From NCBI RefSeq assembly GCF_036971445.1, contig NC_091469.1, positions 26,474,001 to 26,538,000 of the forward strand: DNA of 64,000 nucleotides. The letters run 5' to 3'. This DNA is from Narcine bancroftii (Eukaryota). This document shows positions 35,860 to 46,885 of the stretch, piece by piece. The position numbers and the translations under genes are program-made. The notes under the pieces were generated by a model, which worked only from the letters and a program-made list of their open reading frames with translations, was not told where the DNA came from and did not search any database. Position 1 is the first letter of the stretch. Each line of letters starts with the position of its first letter.

Positions 35860-37260
35860 CTTGCTTGATCAATACTCAGTGCTGCTTCTTTTGGTAGTGC
35901 AAAAAGTACACAGCGTACAACATGTAAACAAACAAAGAACTGTAAGCAAACTGACTGTGCAAGATAGAGGGAACAAAAAGAAAATCAGTAAAGTGCACAA
36001 GAGTCCTTAAATGAGTCTCAGATGGAGTTTGTTGTTGAGGAGTCTGATGGTGGAGGGGCAGCAGCTGTTCCTGAAGCTGGTGGTGCAAGTCTTGTGGCAC
36101 CTATACCTCTTAAGGACCAGTGAGGGGCTCTGAGGCCGAGGGACCAGTGCATGCAGCGGGCTGCTGGTGACTCGAGGTGAGGAACCCACGGAACCTGTGG
36201 GCTGCTGGAGACTGCTGTCAGGTGACGTGTGCTGGGCTGCGGACTGCTGGAGACTGGGTCCAACTGCCTTGAGGAGTACCAGGTATTGGAACTGGGGAGG
36301 CAAGGGTGCTGAGGGCACCAAAGAGTTCCTGACTGTGTCAGAGGTTCAAACTGGGAGCTTGGGATGCCAATGGTTTGGTCTGAACTCTGTGTGGCTGTGG
36401 AGCAGCAGAGCACTGGAGGTGAATCTCAGTGACTCTTTGGGGGAGGGGGAGGAAGACTCTCTTTTGCTTCTATTTCTCTGACTGTAAGTATGACTGAAAG
36501 AAATGTAAGAGGCGTTAAGGCAATTTCTGCCAGTGCCAAATTTGTCTGTCTTGCAGCAGGCAAAAAGAAATTTCATGTAATATAACAGTTTTATTACTAT
36601 AATAAACTGAACCTACCTGGTGGCACCAGTGAGAACAGAGTGTGTGCTGGGTGGTGAAGCCCTTTGATGATTTCTACTGCTCTCCGATGAAAGTGATCCC
36701 TGAAGATATGCTCGATAGTGGGGAGGGTTTTGCCTGTGATGTCCTGGACTGTGTTTACTATCTTTAGGAAGGCTTTATGTTCAGGGGTATTGGGTTTCCA
36801 TAGCAGACCATGATGCAGCTGATCAGCACACTTTCTACCACACCTCTGTAAAATTTGCCAGGGTTTCTGATCTCATACCAAACTCTGCAAACTCCTAAGG
36901 AAATAGAGGTGCTGACGTGTTTTCTTCACGATGCTATTAGTGCATTAGGTCCAGGAAAGATCCTCCAAGATAGTGACTCTCAAGAACTTGAATTTGCTCA
37001 CCCTCTCCACCTCTGATCCTCCAATGATCACGGAAGTCAACAATCAGCTCCTTAGTTTTGGTGACATTGAATGCAAGGTTGTTGTACCATTCAGCCAAAT
37101 TTTTAATCTCCATCCTATGCTGACACCTTTATGCCACCCACTACCATGACATCGTCAACAAATTTGTAGTTGGTATTATTGTTGTGAGTAGAGCAGGGGG
37201 CTAACAACACAGCCCTATGGTGCTCTGGTACTGATGGAGATTGTGGAGAAGTTCTAACCA
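35860..37260 (-). mobile_element. Rex1/Babar-type LINE fragment with an unrelated ~0.5-kb insert (~36110-36610)
   Basis: The minus strand reads KRYRCHKTCTTSFRNSCCPSTIRLLN, with FKFLRVTI and DDVMVV remnants further upstream. Confidence 0.65.
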
Positions 37261-37539
37261 ATCAATAGGTGCTTTTAAGCTACAGCACCTGGGTAGCCCT
37301 CCTGATGTATGCATCTTTGCTGACCAGGTGTTCTAGGGCTTAGAGTAGGGCCAGTGAGATGGCATGACTTGATATGACTTCATTTTGGGGATTTTCTTGT
37401 GCATATGTTGGCTGCTGTGTTCCCTACTAATAACCACTGAACAAGAACTTCTTGGCGTAAAGCGTTTTGGGAAATCCATAAAAACCCTACAGAAATGCCA
37501 ATAATTAAATGGTTGCAAAGCCTTTATATCAGTACTCAC

Positions 37540-37632
37540 ATCAAGATGATACTTCACGTAGTAATGAACAAGCCAAGCAGGAATCAGTAACCGACTCAGG
37601 GTCCACCAACCTGCATTACATGCCTTGTAGGT
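37540..37632 (-). CDS. NDUFB6: NADH:ubiquinone oxidoreductase subunit B6, exon 2
   Basis: atttcag|TYKACNAGWWTLSRLLIPAWLVHYYVKYHLD|gtgagt; 93 nt, includes the transmembrane segment and HYY.KYH motif. Confidence 0.95.
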
Positions 37633-37721
37633 CTGAAATTTATAAATAAAAAATGTAAACTATGTAAGGGAGACTGGTAACGCAGAATTCAGAGGAATGT
37701 CAATACCGGGCAAGGAAGTGG

Positions 37722-38248
37722 GGGCTCCGGCACCCGGCGGGGAAGGGGAGGGGAGGGGGATCGCCCTCCGGCCCCCGGCGGGGGAGGGGAGGGGAGGGGG
37801 GTCGCCCTCCGGCCCCCGGCGGGGGAGGGGAGGGGAGGGGGGTCGCCCTCCGGCCCCCGGCGGGGGAGGGGAGGGGAGGGGGGTCGCCCTCCGGCCCCCG
37901 GCGGGGGAGGGGAGGGGAGGGGGGTCGCCCTCCGGCCCCCGGCGGGGGAGGGGAGGGGAGGGGGGTCGCCCTCCGGCCCCCGGCGGGGGAGGGGAGGGGA
38001 GGGGGGTCGCCCTCCGGCCCCCGGCGGGGGAGGGGAGGGGAGGGGGGTCGCCCTCCGGCCCCCGGCGGGGGAGGGGAGGGGAGGGGGGTCGCCCTCCGGC
38101 CCCCGGCGGGGGAGGGGAGGGGAGGGGGGTCGCCCTCCGGCCCCCGGCGGGGGAGGGGAGGGGAGGGGGGTCGCCCTCCGGCCCCCGGCGGGGGAGGGGA
38201 GGGGAGGGGGGGTCGCCCTCCGGCCCCCGGCGGGGAAGGGGAGGGGGT
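37722..38248. repeat. 41-bp GC-rich minisatellite, ~12-13 copies, in NDUFB6 intron 1
   Basis: The unit TCGCCCTCCGGCCCCCGGCGGGGGAGGGGAGGGGAGGGGGG starts at 37761, 37802, 37843, 37884 ... 38171, 38213. Internal copies are nearly identical. Confidence 0.97.
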
Positions 38249-38265
38249 CACGATCTGACACTCAC

Positions 38266-38448
38266 GTAAATCCGCCAGAGACTTCGCTGCTGCAGGAAGT
38301 TCTCCCAGAACTTGGCCACAGGTCCTTTGCTGTCGTGGGGAAGGACGGGTTCACGCGGACTCAGCTCCTGGTCCTTCAGCCATTGGCGGCGCAATTTCAC
38401 AAGCTGCTCGAAGCGGGCCTTCTCCTCCGGCGTGTAACCCAGCGGCAT
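38266..38448 (-). CDS. NDUFB6: NADH:ubiquinone oxidoreductase subunit B6, exon 1
   Basis: [37 protein letters not shown]...FW..FL...SLWRIY|gtgagt. The four exons join in frame to give 130 aa. Confidence 0.96.
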
Positions 38449-38620
38449 CTCGACCGCCTGCCGATAGATTAGCTCAGCTCCAAACCACGGTCACCCTCTC
38501 CGGATCACCAGTCGCGCATGGTGATGACGCCACAGCACCGTCTCCAGCCCCACACAGGGTGTCCGTTGCCCTCTGCCGGCCAGGAGGTGAAAGCGCATTC
38601 CCGCTGCTGGGCAAGTGGAG
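38449..38620 (-). promoter_or_regulatory. NDUFB6 5' UTR and CpG-rich promoter
   Basis: CpG-rich sequence directly upstream of the ATG, with an NRF1-like GCGCATG (~38514) and a CRE half-site TGACG (~38525). Confidence 0.55.
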
Positions 38621-38704
38621 GAGCAAGTGTGCTCCTGCTTGAGCCAACGTTGTTAAAGGAGCCCACACACATAATCGGTGTACTGCCCCTATTCGCATAG
38701 AAAA

Positions 38705-39380
38705 TCTTTTTGGTCAAGTGTGAGTTTTTACATTTGGTAGGTTCAACTGGGGTAGGACCTACACCGTGAATGGTTGAGTCCTGGGGAGTGTTGTAGTGCA
38801 GAGAGACCTAGAAGTACAGGTACATGGCACCCGAGAGGGGCAACACAGGTTTACAGGGTGGAGAAGAAGACATTGAGCACACTTGACTTTATTGGTCAGG
38901 GCTCTCACTACTGGTGCTGAGAGGTCATCTTACAACTGACAATAATTTAGAGAGATTGCATTTGGAGTTTAGTGTGCAATTTTGGCCACTCAACAAGAGT
39001 AAAGACATCATTAAGATGGAGATGTTGTAGGAAAGATTTGTGAAAATGTTACTGGGATTGGAAGGCTTGAATTGTATTGAGAGGCTGTGTCTATTCTCCC
39101 TGGGGGTAGGAAGCTGAGGAGTGATCTTATAGAGGGTTATACATCAAAAGGGGCATAGATGTGGTAGGGGGAGTATAAAACTGGAGGGCATGGTTTTAAG
39201 GAGGCAGGGAAAGATCTTTTTCACACAGAAAGTGGTGGGTATGTGGAGCAAGCTGCTAGAGGCTGGCGTAGAGGCAGGGATAATTGTAGCATTCCATAGA
39301 TATTTTATAGGCTCAAGTGTAGGGAGGGTTTAGAGAGAGATGAGCTGATCACAGGCAAATGGGGCCAGTTTAGGTTGACA
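38705..39380 (+). mobile_element. Degenerate CR1 LINE
   Basis: Typical CR1 3' ORF2 remnants (agagacct.g.agtacagg; aggctgagg.gtga.cttatagagg; ttttcacacaga.agtggtggg). Confidence 0.7.
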
Positions 39381-39769
39381 ATTTGTATACTTGCTGGAGA
39401 CATCATCAAGATCTGTGACCAAAAATCCTCCTACAGCCTCATGTGGATTCCTCTGCTGTGGCCCTAACCTCTGCTTATTCCAAATTATTCATTTTGAAAA
39501 TGTGCTAACCATTAGAAAAAAACATGACAGCTTGAAAGGGAGTCTGGATTGTGTACGACTGTAAATATACAGTAAACCTTGCAGCTGTTGCAAGACAATC
39601 AATATAACCATTAGAGGGCACTATGAGACGAACATGTCTTATGCCATAAGGTGACGCAACACAGAAATAAACCTCAAGTTTGGGTTTCACACAAGTCTCT
39701 TCCCACCCCATCACAACATCCTTTGATTTCTTTCTCCCTCCTTCTGTAAGTCGTGCATCCACTTTAGAG

Positions 39770-41610
39770 ATAAAAATTGTAGATTGGATTAGTTAAATGG
39801 TGAAGAAGTGCAGTGAGCCGTTGTGCAGAGACACCCAGGAGTGCTTGTGCATGAATTGTAAAAGGTTAGGTAGCAGGTAATCAAGAAGGGCAAATGGAAT
39901 GTTGGCCTTCATTGCTAGAGGGATTGAATTTCAGAGCAGGGAGGTTCTGCTGCAACTGTACGAGCAACTGGAGAACTGTATGCAATTCTAGTCTTACATG
40001 AGAAAGGAAATACAAGGCGCTTTCATACAATGAAAAATCCCGACTGTAAAGGCAGAGGTTCTCTGCCCTTACATCGGGAGATTTACCTTCTTGAATGCAC
40101 CGTGGCCGGCTCTTGGGAAAGGAAAATTGGCGGAGTGCAGCGCTCTGCTGCATCACATGAATGTACAGCCTCTGCAATTGGCTGGATGGGGGGGTGAGGG
40201 TCTGATGTCACTGTCAGCCCATCTCCCCTCTCTCCCTCACCCACTCACCCCTCTCCCTCCATGACTCCCTTAAGGCAAAGGTAACTGGCGGGAACCATAA
40301 GTTCAAGAGCAGCCAGCAGGAGCTGTGAGGGGGGTGGCCAGTGTGGGCTGTGCCAGCCATGCTGGCCACTCCGGCTCTTCACCAGGCCGCTTCGGCCTTT
40401 GGGGTTGCTCTCTGAGGCTCAAAACGCAGCAAAACAATGGCCATCTTCCCTACCCATAATCCCCCATGCAGTTGGAACTCTTCTGGGAAAACGGAGAGCG
40501 GTTCCAGCTGCTTAGGGGATTATGGGTAGGGAAGACAGCCATTGCTCTGCCACGTATTTATGACAGGTGGCGCTACAGCACCAGTGGCCCCTCCTCCATC
40601 AGATCTGGAGGGCACTACAAAGCACCTCTCAATATGAATGCAACGTAGGAGCAGCCTTTTAGGACTACTCCTTGAAAGCTAAGTTTTATGTTTTCCTTCT
40701 GTGCTTATAGCCGACCTCCAGGTGGAGGCCTAGCATGAAATGGCTTAATGGCTTTGGCAGCAATGCAGAGGAGGTTCATCAGGTTGATTTGTGAAAGGAA
40801 GGAATTAGCTTATGAGGGGAGATTGAGTCATCTAGAAATATAATCATGAAATTTTAGAAAGATAAAGGAAGATCTTATGGAAGCATATAAAATTATGAAA
40901 GGAATTAAGATAGAAACAGGAGGTAGTTTCAACTGGCAAGTGAGATTAGAATTTGAGGACATAACCTTCAGATTTGGGGGAGTACTGCATTCCAGTTGAG
41001 AAGATTACTTGTATTTTACAAAATAAATATCAGATATTTTGGAAAAGATGGCACCCATATTTGCAAAATGGGGGTATTAATGCTGAAGGCCCCATCTCTT
41101 GGTAACCTCCAGCATCATTGCATTGTTAAAGTCTTATATTAAATAGTTTATTCTTTTGACATTCTCCAGTTTTTCTCTCTCTTCTATTTCTGTTTCTTCT
41201 TTTTCTTTTTCTTTTTTTGGGGGTTTGGGGATGGAGGAAGAGAGGGGGGAGAGATTTTGTATACCACATGTATAACTTTTGAAGTTTTTTATTGAAAGAA
41301 ATGTATTTACCGTTACGGTTTAAAAATTGCCCATAATAAAATATTTTTTTAAAAGATTTGAAGGAGTAGATCAGTATGAAGTTCTCCCAAAGAGCATTGA
41401 ATCTGTGGTATTTTCTGTCCAAGAAAGCAGTAGACACTGCCTCATTAAATGTTTGTAAGGAGTAGACGGATAGATTTTGAATACCAGGAGAGTTGAGGCT
41501 GATAAGTGGAGGTTAGACCATGGCTGATCAGCATGATCATACGGAATGGTGGAGCAGGGATATTGAGCCAGGTGGTCAATTCCTGCCCCTACTTCTTATG
41601 TTCTTACATT
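39770..41610 (+). mobile_element. CR1 LINE interrupted by a ~0.73-kb insert (~40016-40745) and an L1-like 3' end (~41000-41345)
   Basis: CR1 sequence (aagaagg.caaatggaatgttggccttcatt) stops at ~40012 and resumes at ~40748 (tggctttgg.agcaatgcagaggagg). Confidence 0.6.
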
Positions 41611-42599
41611 CTTTTGAGGCCAATGGTTCACCACAACAGATTATTTTCTCTTAACAGTGTACAAAATGTCTTCTAGGTTTCCTAGGTTTACAAAGAGCCC
41701 CATTTGATGTGACAGGAATGCAAATCGATCCTTTGTCCTTTCCTGCATTGCTTTCATCTCCCTTTACCACTGTAACTTGGGAATAAGGATGTCCAAAGTA
41801 ATAAGGATTTAATCTATTAGTTGTGCTAATCAGATGGGTGTTTGTGAGAGCTGTACAATACCTTGGGTTTTGCTTGTGCATATCATTTACATTAAAAATG
41901 ACCTCATGCAGATAAACAAGCAAACATTTGCATATCAGACCTTGTTCATTCAACTCCCGCTTTATTTGCAATAGCCTGAGTAATATCTCATCAAGTATTT
42001 CAATAGCATTTAATTAGCTACTTTTTCAGCAAAAAAAGTAGGGTGACATGGCAACAACGTTTTTTTATATTTGTATTAGCATAGAGCCTTTGTATTGTGG
42101 CACAGTGCCCCCATCATCAACATTAACAAAGAAAAGTCAACAAGGATCAGGGTGGGGGGGGGGGGGGGTGGGTGGAGGAGGAGAGTTAAGAGACAATGAG
42201 GAGGAGGGCAGGTAAAGGAGTGGAGAGGTTTGGGTAGAGGATTCAGAGCTCAGTGTCTTGGCACTTGAAAGCACAGCTGATAATGACAAACAAAATAATG
42301 TTTTGAAAGATTAAGATGCATCCAATGATGGAACAAAATGAAATGTAACCAAATATTTCTCTTAAGAGAATTGAAACACTGCAATAGTGAAGCAAACTGT
42401 GGATAGAAAGTGGTTGTCCTTTTCAAAGCGCGTGAAATACATTTGACCCACTATCAGCCTTGGTGACTTTTCAGGAGGGCCCAGGTGCCTAAATGAAGGA
42501 GTTAATTCATTCAGTGGGTGATTTCACCCCTGCTTTAAGCTGCCTTCCTGAAATTGTGCTGAAGGACAAACCAGAAGGCTGAGTACAGGATTAACGGTC

Positions 42600-43340
42600 A
42601 GTTACTTAAGAGTGTGGATGAACTGAGGTTCAAATCCATACATCCCTCCAAATCACCACACAGGATAGTTAAGAAGGCTTATGGAATACTGGGATTCATT
42701 AAGAAGGATTGATTTCAGGAGTAGAGAGTGTGGTGAAATGCTGAACTGCTGTAGACCTGATTACCTGGTTCCGACCCATCCTGTGACTGTACCTGTGGCC
42801 TCTCCCTCTTTTGACCTTGTATAAAGCCTCTAACTCCTTGACCCTTCCCCAGAAATCTCAGGTCACGGCACAGGATGAGGTCCTTGTCCATTGTAAATAA
42901 AAGTCTGTAGATCAGTGACTCGGTCTCAGCCTCTCGAGTTATTTACTGTGCGTCAAAGAGACCATGTTACAACTCTACAATCTCTGGTGAGACCACACTT
43001 AGAGTATTGTGTTCAGTTCTGGTCTCCTCATTATAGAAAGGATGTGGAAGCTATGGAGAGGGTGCAGAGATTTACCAGGATGTTGTCTGTATTGGGAAAC
43101 GAGGATAGAAGACCTGGGATTTGTCTCTTTGGAGCGTAGAAGGATGAGAGGAGACTTGATAGATGTCTACAAGATTATGAGAGTCATAGATAGGGTGGAC
43201 AGCCAGCATCTGTTTCCCAGGGCAGGATCCACAAACACCAGAAGGGAGGGAAGTTTAAGGGAGACATCAGGGGTAAGTTTTCTACACAGAGAGTTGTGGG
43301 TGCCTGGAATGCCTTGCTGGGGATGGTGGTGGAGGCTGAA
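42600..43340 (+). mobile_element. CR1 LINE fragment
   Basis: SLVRPHLEYCVQFWSPHYRKDVEAMERVQR and LERRRMRGDLIDVYKIM. Confidence 0.85.
42729..42955 (+). mobile_element. Short solo LTR inserted in CR1
   Basis: TG...CA ends, TATAAA at ~42820, AATAAA at ~42896, and flanks GAGAG/AAGAG. It cleanly interrupts the CR1 sequence. Confidence 0.65.
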
Positions 43341-43669
43341 AGGATATACTAGTATACTCTTTCAATTGAATACAGGTATTAAAGAGACCAAAGGGATCAT
43401 ACCATTCCTTGAATTCCAGGAATGGTCTTACTAGAACCCTGTAGAATAGTACCAATACTCTTTCTGAACATTCCTCTACCAATAAAGGCAAATATACCAT
43501 TTGTCTTCCTAATTATTGACTGCATCAGTCTGCTAACCTTTTGTGTTTTTTGTGCATGAAAACTTCTCTCATTTCCAATCTTTCTCCACTTAGTTAATAA
43601 TCTGCCTTTAGATTCCCCTTACCGAAGTGCATGATTACACATTTTTTCTCATCAGTCACCATTCATGAT

Positions 43670-44725
43670 AAAAAGGTTATTTGATGTGCTTGTCTTCATT
43701 GGCAAGGCATTTTGTACAAGGGTAAGAAGTTATGTTGCAGCTCTATAAAACTTTGGTTAGGCTGCACTTGCAGCTTCGAATGTGATGGTTTTCAAAAGGG
43801 GACAAAAGAGGTGTCCGAGGATGCTCTCTGGATTAGAGGTTATGCGCTAAAGGGAAAGATTGGACAAAGTTGGGTTGTTTTCTTTGAAGCATGGAGGCTG
43901 AAGGGAGGTCTGATAGAAGTTTAAAAAACCATGAAAGGAATACATAAATAGGGTAGACTGAATTTTGTCCCCAGGGTAAAAAAATGTCAAAGACTAAAGG
44001 AGATGAATTCAAGGTGAGGTGGTGTCAAAACCTTGTGTTTTTTATTCTTTTGTTAATTTTGTGCCTGTCCCTTTAATGAAGTATTGTTTGTAGTGTTGCC
44101 ATATGATATAATATGTTGTAATATCCGAAAAGACCGGGAGTTTACATCTCATTCTCCAAAGAATTATGACAGAGATATAAGATCTCGAGATACTTTAATT
44201 TCATCTTAATTCATTTCATTTTATTTATTTCTTTTATATCTGTTTAAAGTTGAATATTGTTATCATTATACAGTATGCTTTGTGAAAACCTCAATACAAA
44301 GTTATGCAAAATGTTTATTTGTTTTACCAACAAATTAAACAGCTGCAACTATGAAGTTTGATTTATTGGATTAATAAGATAGCAATTCAGAATATTGTCA
44401 CTTACATTTCCTAGAAGATGACATATTTTGAAATTGGGAAACATTAGAACTTGGAAAGTGTCTATAGGTGGTGCCTGAAATTTGAAGGAAATGTGCGGGG
44501 CAAGTTTTTTTTAAACACAAAAGTGTTGGTGTCTGGAATGGACTGTCAAGGGTAGTGGGAGAAGTAGATATGAAAGTAACATTTATGAGGCTTCTAGGTA
44601 AACAAATGAATAGGCGAGGAGTAGATGGATACGGATCGTGTGCAGGCAGAAGAGATTTCGTTTACCTGGCCATCATGTTTGGCACCATCATCATAGACCA
44701 AAAGGCCCATTCATGTGCTCTTCTG
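43670..44725 (+). mobile_element. CR1 LINE fragment with an AT-rich insert (~44025-44465)
   Basis: CR1 3' motifs lie on both sides, and AGGTGGTG is repeated at 44017-44024 and 44466-44473. Confidence 0.6.
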
Positions 44726-44823
44726 TGTTCATCCAACCGATCTATGGCAGGTTCCAAACATCCACATTGCCGTTAAGGATGGCATAGTTAGTGTAGTGGT
44801 TATTGCAACACTGTTACAGCACC

Positions 44824-45278
44824 CAACTATGCTGGGTGGGTCATGTCTCCGGAATAGAGGACCATCGCCTTCCCAAGATCGTGTTAAATGGCGACCTCTC
44901 CACTGGCCACCGAGACAGAGGTGCACCAAAGAAGAGGTACAAGGTCTGCCTAAAGAAGTTTCTTGGTGCCTGCTCCATTGACCACCGCCAGTGGGCTGAT
45001 CTCGCCTCAAACCGTGCATCTTGGCACCTCACAGTTCAGTGGGCTGCAACCTCCTTTGAAGAAGACCGCAGAGCCCACCTCACTGACAAAAGGCAAAGGA
45101 GGAAAAACCCAACACCCAACCCCAACCAACCAACTTTCCCTTGCAACCGCTGCAACCGTGCCTGCCTGTCCCGCATCGGACTTGTCAGCCACAAACGAGC
45201 CTGCAGCTGACGTGGACATTACCCCTCCATAAATCTTCGTCCGCGAAGCCAAGCCAAAGAAAAGAAAGAAAGAAAGAA
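44824..45278 (+). mobile_element. 5'-truncated RTE LINE inserted into a V-SINE (~44778-45460)
   Basis: Same family as 22444-23180, with a (GAAA)n tail. AGCACC is duplicated at 44818-44823 and 45279-45284. The SINE head lies before and the SINE core after. Confidence 0.88.
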
Positions 45279-45744
45279 AGCACCAGCAACCAGGACCATG
45301 TTTTGAATCCCGCGCTGTCTATAAGGAGTTTGTATGTTCATCCCGAGTCTGCGTAGGTTTCCTCCCACCGTTCAAAAATTTGCCAGGGTATAGGTCAATT
45401 GAGTGTAATTGGGCAGCAAGGGTACATGGGTCAAAAGGGCCTGTTACTGAGCTGTATGCAGCACACCATCCACCCCATCTTCACACCATCAGCAAACTTG
45501 GATACCTTGGACATTATTTCCACAATTTATTAATGTACATGGCTCTAAGAATCTTCTCCTCTCCAATCATATTTAACATCATGCAATTACAGAAAGGGGC
45601 AGTGAACTTAACTTAAATCTCCCTGTACTCTTTCTTATTCTGACCCACTGTAAAACTGTTCTATTTCTTGATCTGGAGAAAACAGATTTAAGATATATAA
45701 CTGTCCTGGGTAAACTTGTACCTCTCACTTTGTTCGTTTTAGAT

Positions 45745-46356
45745 TGGTCACAGTGTTTGAGCTACTGAAAGAAAACAGACACACACACCGAGAGCACTTC
45801 AGTTTATACAAATCTTTATTACTAAATCTAAAGCTGATATTAAACTACAATATGCAAGCCCTTCCCAATTATACTTATCAACACCTGGACTGGTCCCAAC
45901 TGCCGAAGAGAGGCAATAACCGCACATTTGTAGTAGGTTGTCTGGGCGCCGGTAGCAGCTTCTCCACTTCCCCCGACCGGGATGTTGGTTGGAGTCTAGA
46001 AGTTCTTCTTCTTGCTGAGAGATGTTGCCACCTCTCGGAGAGTCTCAAACTTCAACAATGGGACCATGGCTTATATTACCCAAAAATAGCTTATCTCTTT
46101 GAATAAATGATTTAATTATCTTCAAGGTCTCCTGACAGTCTGTGACCAAGAAAAGACAACTGCATCTCTGGGCCTCATGGTGGAAATTAGATCATGTCTA
46201 CTGATTCATATGCATCCTGGGCCTCATGGTGTAAATTAGATTATGTTTTCTGATTCAACTGTATCCCTGGGCCCCATGGTGGAATTTAGATTATGTCTTC
46301 TGATGCGACTGCATCCCTTCTTGCATAAGCTGTCTAAATCCTTCATTACAATAACA
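45745..46356 (-). mobile_element. Solo LTR with ~50-bp tandem repeats
   Basis: TG...CA ends with flanks AGAT/GGAT. On the minus strand the order is tandem repeats (46160-46320), TATA-like (~46071), AATAAA (~45814). Confidence 0.55.
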
Positions 46357-46885
46357 GGATCCTGAGGGAAGATAATCATTATTTACGAAAGCAGCAATGT
46401 GTTCAGATGTGAAATGATCTGCATCAAAAGGCAGTGGAAGCAGATTTGAAAAGAATTTCCAAAGGACAGCTCAATGATACAGTTAGTGGAGCTGCTGCAT
46501 CCTAGCTCCAGTGACCCAGGTTAGATTTGACCTCAGGTGTGCTATCTGTGTGGAGTTTGCATGTTCTCCAGTGGCTGTGTGGGGTTTCCCTTGGTGCTAA
46601 TAATTTTCACTCAAAATGCAAAGCCATGTGAGTCAGTGGATAAGTTACTCTAGGGTGCAGATGAGTGTGAGAATACATGAGGGGAGAGCAAAATTGATGG
46701 GAGTGAAGAGACGAAAACAGGTTATCATGGATTTGATGGACAAAGGACATGTTTTAAATGATGTATCTCTATTATCAATGAAAAGGGATAAATACTGGGA
46801 AGGAGAAGTTTCCATGACTAGCAGTAACAGTAGACAAGCTGAGAAATGGAAACAACAGGATGCATCAATAAAATATCAATGTTCA

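Noticed and set aside
37689-38269. Pro-rich and Gly-rich 183-190 aa ORFs on both strands
   Set aside because: They are translations of the stop-free 41-bp minisatellite within NDUFB6 intron 1.
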